From positions 896,001-960,000 of the forward strand of contig CP060223.1 in NCBI GenBank assembly GCA_023898465.1: a stretch of 64,000 nt of DNA. Direction: 5' to 3'. Source of the DNA: Candidatus Nomurabacteria bacterium (GTDB lineage: Bacteria > Patescibacteriota > Patescibacteriia > HK-STAS-PATE-3). The translations under genes were made by a program, and so were the position numbers. Under the pieces are notes generated by a model. It was not told the origin of the DNA. It searched no databases and saw only the letters and a program-made list of their open reading frames with translations. Within the stretch, counting starts at the first letter, position 1; the number at the start of each line of letters is the position of its first letter. Below are positions 56,962 to 64,000 of this stretch, piece after piece.

Positions 56962-57724
56962 ATCTCTAGTGCTGCAATCGTGGAACATTAACGGTATTCG
57001 GGCTGCAGTGCGTAAGGGCTTTACCGATTATCTCAAAAAAGAAAAACCTGATGTAATTGGTCTGCAGGAAATAAAAATAAGCGAAGAAGCGCGCTTGGCT
57101 ACTGAGTTTGATTTTGGAGGATATGTGGAGCATTGGCACTCAGCAAAAAAACCTGGATATTCCGGCACTGCGGTGTTGGTAAAAAACGGTATCGCACATA
57201 CAGCTCTGCCGAAACTAGCCTGGGACGACGAAGGACGAATTCAAGCCATCGATATGGGGAAGTATATTTTCCTTAATATCTACTTTCCTAATGCCAGTAA
57301 TGACGGCTTGAAGCGCCTAGCCTTTAAGATGCAGTGGAATGAAAAGCTGCTTAACTACCTCAAGCAACTTGAAAAGAAAAAACCACTTGTCATCACGGGT
57401 GACTATAATGTGGCACATGAAGAAATTGACCTAGCTCGACCGAAAGAAAATACCCAGAGCCCGGGCTTCACTCCTGAGGAGCGTACCTGGATGACGAAGT
57501 TTCTCAAAACAGGTTACGTTGATACTTGGCGTGAAGCCAATCCGAAGAAAGTACAATACACCTGGTGGAGTCAGCGCGGTGGCGCTCGCAGCCGAAATGT
57601 AGGCTGGAGGATTGACTACTTTTGTGTGAGTCAAAAATTCCTCAAACAAACAACTAAACCGGCTATCCTCGACCAAGTGATGGGCTCAGATCACTGTCCG
57701 GTTAGTTTAATAGTATCCTCATAG
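56951..57724 (+). CDS. xth: exodeoxyribonuclease III (AP endonuclease)
   Basis: LQSWNINGIRA, GLQEIK, and C-terminal SDHCPV motifs. Confidence 0.9.
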   Translation: MMSKSLVLQSWNINGIRAAVRKGFTDYLKKEKPDVIGLQEIKISEEARLATEFDFGGYVEHWHSAKKPGYSGTAVLVKNGIAHTALPKLAWDDEGRIQAIDMGKYIFLNIYFPNASNDGLKRLAFKMQWNEKLLNYLKQLEKKKPLVITGDYNVAHEEIDLARPKENTQSPGFTPEERTWMTKFLKTGYVDTWREANPKKVQYTWWSQRGGARSRNVGWRIDYFCVSQKFLKQTTKPAILDQVMGSDHCPVSLIVSS

Positions 57725-57937
57725 CCGCTGCCTCCGGGCTTTGGCGATGATGAAGTAACGTTTATTCATCTCATATTCCATTGACATCTGCTTTGACTCA
57801 AGGTAATTCAGCTAACCATAGAAATACTGTGGTTAGCTCCTTGAAACAAGTCGAATTTGGAGTACTGCAACGCCTGCAGACAGCCAAAATCGACGCTTCC
57901 ATTAGCGTGACACTGAGCACGTTAAGTGGAGGTTATC

Positions 57938-58894
57938 ATGTCACGGCAAGAAACCTGTCCTCGATGTGTAAAGAAAAACGTTTACGGCGCTCCTCGCCTG
58001 AGAATCACCACTGGAATCACTTGGCTTTGTTACATTGCCTTGTTTACGGCGCTCCTCTGTCTCGCCATTTTCCTGGGAGAGCCAAGCTCTTTCAAGAAGA
58101 GCATTGTGCTCATGTTCATCATCGTTAACGCGGCAACTCTGCTAGGCGCCGCTCACGACCTCCTGATACCCAAGCGGGTTTGGATATGGCGCGATAGAGG
58201 AGACAGTGTACATATTCACAAGGAAGCTCCAACGCTTCCCGACTTCGACTTCTGTGGATTCAAACATCCACTCGTTATGGCCTGGATCAACCGGCCGTGG
58301 CGTCGAGCTGACCTAAGTTGGGGTGCTGACACCTCGGGCATGTGTCTTCCTGAAGTCACTATGTCTTGGACACGCAAACGTCCATACTTCATCGTCACCT
58401 ACCACCAGCTTGGGACGATAACGCAGACTATCCGGATTCGGATAACTGAACCATCCACCATGCTCGACACCCTGAACTGGATTCGCTTCGCACCCAACCC
58501 TTTCAACTTTCAGGCGCACCTCGAGTCGCTAGATAATGAGAGGAGAGTCTCCCATACACTACACGAGCAAACAGAGTGGCTTACCTGGCTCAATGAACTC
58601 GTGTGCGCGCTGTACGTGGCTACCGAGCGACGGCGTACCTCGCTTGGCCAATCTCCTCATGGTCAGTTTGTTCACGCTTATCTCGGCCACCTGCTTGGCT
58701 TCATGCGAGTCCACAACATAACAGGAAGGGAAAGCCCAAACCATGCGGTCCGGGTAGAGGATGAGGCAACACAGATCGCCGACACCATCGCGTCAGCTAA
58801 GCAGGAGGGGGGTAAACACTGGGCAGAACGAGCTGCGGACAAGGTTTGGGAAAACCGAAATCGAGCAGCGCTTGAACCCGTCACTGAGTCGTGA
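57938..58894 (+). CDS. hypothetical membrane protein
   Basis: SD ggagg 7 nt before the ATG. CPRC pair near the N-terminus and 2 TM helices. No family recognised. Confidence 0.4.
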   Translation: MSRQETCPRCVKKNVYGAPRLRITTGITWLCYIALFTALLCLAIFLGEPSSFKKSIVLMFIIVNAATLLGAAHDLLIPKRVWIWRDRGDSVHIHKEAPTLPDFDFCGFKHPLVMAWINRPWRRADLSWGADTSGMCLPEVTMSWTRKRPYFIVTYHQLGTITQTIRIRITEPSTMLDTLNWIRFAPNPFNFQAHLESLDNERRVSHTLHEQTEWLTWLNELVCALYVATERRRTSLGQSPHGQFVHAYLGHLLGFMRVHNITGRESPNHAVRVEDEATQIADTIASAKQEGGKHWAERAADKVWENRNRAALEPVTES

Positions 58895-58903
58895 CAATTC
58901 TAC

Positions 58904-58937
58904 GCGCCCTGATCTCTAGGAGATTGGGGCGCTTTTT
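58904..58937 (+). terminator. rho-independent terminator (copy 1 of a duplicated 43-nt module)
   Basis: gcgccc-tg-atctc-tag-gagat-tg-gggcgc followed by ttttt. Confidence 0.65.
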
Positions 58938-59100
58938 ACATTGACGAAATTTTCTGCGCTTGCTAGCGTGAGTCCGCATGAGGAAATGCCTCACGTAAGC
59001 TCTTTACAATAGAGCAATCCTGTAACAAGCCGACGCAAGTAAGGCAATTTGCATCCGCTTGTTTCCCGCCTTGAAAAATCAGGGCCGGTAAGGAGTAAAA

Positions 59101-59931
59101 ATGACCTGCGCGAAAGAATCTACCAAAGAGTTGGATCTCACCAACTACCTACCTCTTCCCAGGGGCGGCTTGCGATGGACGGTCTCCACGCTATGCTTTT
59201 CCCTTGCTGCTTTTCTGGGACTCTTCTTGCTCTTCAAAATGGCCGTCAATAGTGAGGGGCTATGGTGGTCACGCCTGTTCTACGGCTGCCTGATTATCGC
59301 CATCTTAGTCTCACTACTTGGATTTTTTGGCTTGAAGCTACTCCGATTCAACTATGCGTATTGGAGAAGAAATGTGAGGGGTTACTACATCTCCTATCCG
59401 CAAATGGATCGAGTGTACTATCGTGGCGAGCGGGCCAAGGAAAGCTTGGCACTCGTAGAGATGCACCTAGCTCTGGGCGGTTGGCGCCATCAACTTGGGA
59501 GCTTTCATCGAGGCTTTGTGGTTACCTCGCGAGACACTTCCGCGGACTCCATCTTTTGGTATGGAGTAAAAATCGTTCAACAATCACCACAACCTTCAGG
59601 GCTTCGCGTGATCGTCTACAGTCACCGGAAAAAGGAACAAACACCACCAATGAGCCTACGGCATGCCAGCGTGCTTATCGGTAAGTTATGCCGCAACCAG
59701 AGCTCCTTGGAACTTGAGTTTGCAACCTTTCTCACCAGTGAAGATGGGCTCGTTAACGCCTGTATTCGCTTGCTTGAACGGATAAAGACAACCTCGCGCT
59801 TATCCTCTACACAAGAAGGTAGGGCCTTTGCTCGAGATCTTGCAACTGCGGCACTCAGTCACTCCATTCGTGGAACTCGGGAACACCGAGAACTTGTGGA
59901 TCTGCAAGAATACTGGGGTCGAACCAGGTAG
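59101..59931 (+). CDS. hypothetical membrane protein
   Basis: SD aaggag before the ATG. 2-3 TM helices. No family recognised. Confidence 0.4.
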   Translation: MTCAKESTKELDLTNYLPLPRGGLRWTVSTLCFSLAAFLGLFLLFKMAVNSEGLWWSRLFYGCLIIAILVSLLGFFGLKLLRFNYAYWRRNVRGYYISYPQMDRVYYRGERAKESLALVEMHLALGGWRHQLGSFHRGFVVTSRDTSADSIFWYGVKIVQQSPQPSGLRVIVYSHRKKEQTPPMSLRHASVLIGKLCRNQSSLELEFATFLTSEDGLVNACIRLLERIKTTSRLSSTQEGRAFARDLATAALSHSIRGTREHRELVDLQEYWGRTR

Positions 59932-59956
59932 ACTCACTTCTCAGTGACAATCCTAC

Positions 59957-59993
59957 GCGCCCTGATCTCTAGGAGATTGGGGCGCTTTACTTT
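59957..59993 (+). terminator. rho-independent terminator (copy 2 of the module; overlaps the tyrS 3' end)
   Basis: The same hairpin as at 58904, followed by tttacttt. Confidence 0.6.
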
Positions 59994-61180
59994 ATCTGCA
60001 CAAACCGTCGCTTCCCAACCTGAAGCAAGGGTGCCTTTTTTGCATCCAATTCCTTTGCGCCATCTTTCTCTACCTTGCCATCAATACGGACCGCTCCTTG
60101 CTCAAGCATGCGACGTCCTTCTGACTTTGATGGCACCAACTTTGCGCTGACTAAAATTTCTAACAGCGTGCTTTTTTGCTTCAGGCTGAACTCTGGCACC
60201 TCGTCTGGAGTGGCACCTTTTTGAAATACATTTTGAAATTCAGTTGCCGCCTTATCCGCATCGTTTAAGGAATGATATTGTGCAACCAGAGTATGGGCCA
60301 GCTTTGCTTTGACGTCGCGGGGATTATGGCCTGACTTCAAGCCTTGCGCCATTTCCTCGATCTCGGATAATGGTAAACGACTTAGTAAGGTAAAAAACGT
60401 AACAATCTGCTCGTCAGGAATACGCATGAGCTTGCCATACATATCTTTAGGCGTGTCAGAGAGCAATATTGCGTTGCCATAACTCTGACTCATCTTGCGC
60501 TTCCCGTCAGTACCGACGAGCAAGGGCATAATTACTAAATCTTGCGGAGACTGTTTTGCAGCCTCTTGAAGTGGGCGCGCCTGCAGCTCGTTAAATGTTT
60601 GATCACGACCAATCACTGTCACGTCAGCTTTCAACATTACCGAATCATAACCCTGCAAAAGGGGGTAGGTAATTTCGTGCAATCCAATCTCTTTGCCCTC
60701 TTTCATGCGTTGCTGAAACATGTCCCGCTCAAGCATGCGCTGGACGCTCACCTGAGAGAGTAAGTGAAGAAAATCCTCGGCTGACATTTTATCGTACCAC
60801 TCAGCATTTGAACGTACTTCAACCTTCTTAATATCAAGTATTTTACCTAACTGTGTAACATATTTCTTGGCCAGGCGATGTACTTCTGCGGCCGAACGAA
60901 GCGCTCGACGCTCAGCTCGATCAGTTGGATCACCGAAACGGGCCGTAAAACCACCGATTAGGAACTGGATAGTGTGACCTGCTTCTTGAAATTGGCGCAA
61001 CTTTTCATAAATAACTGCGTGACCCAAATGGAGGTCGGCAGTGGTCGGATCAACTCCGTGCTTAATCTTTAGCTTCTTGCCTGAGGCTAGCTTCTTCTCT
61101 AAGGATGCTCGAACTACGACCTCCGCAACGCCTCGGTCAAGTAAATCGCTTCTCATTGATTGGGCCTGTTTTTTCGCCAT
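59987..61180 (-). CDS. tyrS: tyrosine--tRNA ligase
   Basis: GVDPTTADLHLGHAVIYEKLRQFQEAGH (HIGH region), KMSQSYGN (KMSKS), and a C-terminal S4-like domain. Confidence 0.9.
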   Translation of the reverse strand: MAKKQAQSMRSDLLDRGVAEVVVRASLEKKLASGKKLKIKHGVDPTTADLHLGHAVIYEKLRQFQEAGHTIQFLIGGFTARFGDPTDRAERRALRSAAEVHRLAKKYVTQLGKILDIKKVEVRSNAEWYDKMSAEDFLHLLSQVSVQRMLERDMFQQRMKEGKEIGLHEITYPLLQGYDSVMLKADVTVIGRDQTFNELQARPLQEAAKQSPQDLVIMPLLVGTDGKRKMSQSYGNAILLSDTPKDMYGKLMRIPDEQIVTFFTLLSRLPLSEIEEMAQGLKSGHNPRDVKAKLAHTLVAQYHSLNDADKAATEFQNVFQKGATPDEVPEFSLKQKSTLLEILVSAKLVPSKSEGRRMLEQGAVRIDGKVEKDGAKELDAKKAPLLQVGKRRFVQIK

Positions 61181-61329
61181 AAGAACAGTTGAAAGTATAG
61201 CAAAAAAATGCTAAGATAAGAACTGCTTCGGGGCGCATACTCGGCCCCGCTTCTCTACAACGAATGCCTATCCCTACTCTCACCCCACGCTCTCGTAATA
61301 GTGCGGCTACCTGGCGCAGTGCTAAAAAT

Positions 61330-64000
61330 ATGCCGGGATCTGAGCGACCTCGCAAATCTCGCCCCATATGGAAACGGCGGGAATTTTGGGTGCGTCGCGC
61401 GCTTCCTGTTGCTGCCGGACTTTTTCTGATTGGCGTGCTAGGAGTGGTGGGATTATTTGCCTGGTACTCACGCGACCTGCCTGACCCAAACGGTATAGTC
61501 GATCGTTCAGTTGCGCAAAGCACTAAAATATATGCTCGCGACGGGGAAACTCTACTCTACGAGGTGCACGGCGAAGAACGTCGCACTGTTGTTGAGTTAG
61601 AAAAAATTCCATTTAACTTACAAAAAGCCACCATTGCCATTGAGGATAAAGATTTTTACAAGCACGGCGGCATTGATTTTCGTGGACTCTTCCGGGCTGT
61701 CTTTACAAACATTATTAATCTCGACGTAACGGGTCAGGGCGGTTCAACTATCACCCAGCAGTTTGTAAAAAACGCCATCCTTACTACTGAGAAGAGCTAC
61801 GTTCGAAAAATTAAAGAGGCGGTGCTGGCCTATCAAATTGAGAAACGCTTTACAAAAGATCAGATATTAAAGCTGTACTTCAATGAAATTCCCTATGGTC
61901 GTAATGCTTATGGCGCCGAAGCTGCCGCGCAGGTATATTTTGGCAAATCAGTCAGCGAGGTGAGTCTAGATGAAGCAGCGCTCTTAGCCGCCCTCCCTCA
62001 GGCTCCGTCCTACTACTCGCCTGATGGTAATCATGTTGATCTACTTGAAGGTCGGCAAGGTCGCGTCCTGCAAAACATGGCTGACCAGGGCTACATTACT
62101 CAAGAAGAAGCTGACGCAGCAAAAGAAGAGGACACGGTGGCGAAAATAATTCCACGCCGAGAAGTGATTAAAGCGCCGCACTTTGTTATCTATGTAAAAG
62201 AGCTACTCACTGAAAAATACGGCGAGAAGCAGATAGAGCAAGGGGGATTGCGAGTCATCACCACACTCGAGCCAAATCTGCAGCAAATGGCTGAGGATGC
62301 GGTGAGTAATGGTATGGCAAAAGTGGAGCGCTACGGTGGATCAAATGCGGCCCTGGTATCCCTAAACCCACAAACCGGCCAAATACTCGCTATGGTTGGC
62401 TCGCGCGACTACTTTGATGCCGAACATGATGGGAACGTAAACGTGGCCCTTAGACCACGTCAGCCTGGTTCCTCTTTTAAACCCATAGTCTATGCTCAGG
62501 CTTTTCGGGAGGGCTACACTCCGGAAACTATTTTATTTGACCTGATTACTAACTTTGGTGGCACACCAAACTATATTCCACAAAACTACAACGGCCGAGA
62601 AAATGGTCCAGTCACTATGCGTAAGGCTTTAGCTGGTTCTCTTAATGTCCCAGCAGTAAAAACACTTTATTTGGTTGGCGTAAATGATGCAGTGAATTTA
62701 GCAAAGAGCCTCGGCTACACCACACTGAATGATCCTGACCGCTATGGACTCTCGCTCACCTTAGGGGGCGGAGAAGTGAAGCTCTTAGAGCACACGGCTG
62801 CCTTTGGTGTTTTTGCAAATGAGGGCGTACGACAATCTACTGTTGCCATACTCCGAGTCGAAGATCGAAATGGAAAGATCTTAGAAGAAACAAACGAGGG
62901 TGAAGGAGAGCGCGTCTTGGATCAAAATGTTGCTCGCGAAATTTCCAGCGTACTCTCTGATAATGGAGCCCGGGCATATATTTTTGGCACGCAAAACTCC
63001 CTTATTCTGTCTGGTCGACCAGTTGCCGCAAAAACTGGTACTACAAATGATTTCCGAGATGCCTGGACCATGGGCTACACTCCTAACCTGGTTACCGGGG
63101 TATGGACAGGGAACAATGATAACTCTGAAATGAGCACCGGCGCTGATGGGTCAGTTATTGCGGCTCCGATTTGGAAAAGCTTTATGCAAGCAGCCACGGC
63201 CGGCGCTCCAGTGGTAAATTTCACCGCACCAAAGCCCAATGATGCAGAAAAACCAATACTCCAAGGTCGTTTAAGCTCTGGGGAAACCTTAACAGTAGAT
63301 ACGATCACTGGTAAGGAAATCCCAAGTGAGTGTGTAGATGAATGGCCCGAGGAGTTTAAGAAGCAGAAAGAATTAGAGCAGGTGCACACTATCCTTTATT
63401 TTGTGAATAAAGATAATCCCCGTGGACCAGTTCCTGATAACCCAGCCAGCGACCCTCAATTCACTCGTTGGGAAGAACCGGTCCGACGCTGGGCCGAAGA
63501 AAACGACAAGTTGGTCGATCGTCCAGCCAAGGAGGATTGTGATCTTCGAACAATAGCAAACACTCCAAAGGTAACAATTACTTCACCTGCGTCTGGAAGT
63601 ACTATTACGGGGAACAGTGTCTCGGTAAGCGCTACGGTGGACGCGACGCGCGCTATTACACTTACAAAATTCGTTATTGACGGGGTGGAAATAACCGAAG
63701 ACACAACCGCGCCTTTCCAAGCCTCGCTCGATGTGAGTGATCTTGAAAATGGTTATCATAAGTTAAAGGTTATTGCCTACGATACTGTTGAACAAGCAGG
63801 GTCTCAAACAATTGACGTAATTATTCAACACGAAAGCTCTGGCACAAGCATTTACTTCACTGCCCCAGTACCCGGCAGTCGTCATGCAATAAGCGATGGG
63901 GCGATATCAATTAGCGTTGTAGCCCAAAGCGCGATTGGTATTGATTCAGTAAAAGTAAATATCACCGACGCGAATGGTGTAGTCACAAAACTTTCCACTT
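61330..64000 (+). CDS. class A penicillin-binding protein (PBP1A-type, GT51 transglycosylase + transpeptidase + C-terminal Ig-like repeats); 3' end truncated by the window edge
   Basis: EDKDFYKHGGID, GGSTITQQ, RKIKE (GT51); SSFKP, SLN, KTGTT (transpeptidase). Runs to the window end without a stop, so it is not in the ORF track. Confidence 0.85.
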   Translation, partial: MPGSERPRKSRPIWKRREFWVRRALPVAAGLFLIGVLGVVGLFAWYSRDLPDPNGIVDRSVAQSTKIYARDGETLLYEVHGEERRTVVELEKIPFNLQKATIAIEDKDFYKHGGIDFRGLFRAVFTNIINLDVTGQGGSTITQQFVKNAILTTEKSYVRKIKEAVLAYQIEKRFTKDQILKLYFNEIPYGRNAYGAEAAAQVYFGKSVSEVSLDEAALLAALPQAPSYYSPDGNHVDLLEGRQGRVLQNMADQGYITQEEADAAKEEDTVAKIIPRREVIKAPHFVIYVKELLTEKYGEKQIEQGGLRVITTLEPNLQQMAEDAVSNGMAKVERYGGSNAALVSLNPQTGQILAMVGSRDYFDAEHDGNVNVALRPRQPGSSFKPIVYAQAFREGYTPETILFDLITNFGGTPNYIPQNYNGRENGPVTMRKALAGSLNVPAVKTLYLVGVNDAVNLAKSLGYTTLNDPDRYGLSLTLGGGEVKLLEHTAAFGVFANEGVRQSTVAILRVEDRNGKILEETNEGEGERVLDQNVAREISSVLSDNGARAYIFGTQNSLILSGRPVAAKTGTTNDFRDAWTMGYTPNLVTGVWTGNNDNSEMSTGADGSVIAAPIWKSFMQAATAGAPVVNFTAPKPNDAEKPILQGRLSSGETLTVDTITGKEIPSECVDEWPEEFKKQKELEQVHTILYFVNKDNPRGPVPDNPASDPQFTRWEEPVRRWAEENDKLVDRPAKEDCDLRTIANTPKVTITSPASGSTITGNSVSVSATVDATRAITLTKFVIDGVEITEDTTAPFQASLDVSDLENGYHKLKVIAYDTVEQAGSQTIDVIIQHESSGTSIYFTAPVPGSRHAISDGAISISVVAQSAIGIDSVKVNITDANGVVTKLST

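Noticed and set aside
1-64000. CRISPR arrays, transposases, integrases, rRNA, tmRNA/RNase P/SRP RNAs
   Set aside because: I scanned for short regularly spaced direct repeats, IS-like inverted repeats, and characteristic conserved RNA motifs. None was evident. The only multi-copy elements are the paralog gene array, the terminator modules, tRNA fragments and the 14-nt palindrome.

Overview
The window is about 47% GC with patches at 55-60% GC. It reads like a small-genome, SD-poor bacterium, probably Patescibacteria/CPR-like; that is a guess from gene content and promoter architecture. The backbone is housekeeping: gyrA, rpmF, nusB, rnc, rpsA-ftsH, rplS, ruvC-yebC, xth, tyrS, a class A PBP at the 3' edge and an EndoQ-like PHP protein at the 5' edge. 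There are 10 tRNA genes, including a UAU-anticodon tRNA-Ile and three tRNA-Ala isoacceptors. Sugar-nucleotide and glycolytic genes are present: pfk, a PfkB kinase, galU, ugd, PGI/PMI and two nucleotidyltransferases, one fused to a ribbon-helix-helix (RHH) domain. The main accessory feature (33.9-44.0 kb) is a tandem array of five paralogous pilin-like genes encoding secreted two-TM hairpin proteins with VirB2/TrbC-like topology. Three of them carry strong SD sites, mosaic near-identical DNA segments and conserved C-terminal N-x-T sequons. This array abuts a four-gene overlapping operon encoding a Dpm1-like polyprenol-phosphate-sugar synthase and three GT-C membrane glycosyltransferases, one with an STT3/AglB-like DPDSFYHAR motif, plus a convergent DUF2079-like protein. 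I propose this is a candidate surface-filament plus glycosylation system. Other notable regions: an alpha-glucan cluster (GH15-like, two glgA, two GH57 with one fused to a UVR domain, an APH/maltokinase-like kinase, GalT-like); a GC-rich island at 55.1-60.0 kb with orphan secreted Cys-rich proteins and duplicated terminator modules; a GIY-YIG gene flanked by a duplicated tRNA-Leu 5' fragment; and many leaderless-type promoters (extended -10, then 7-9 nt, then ATG).
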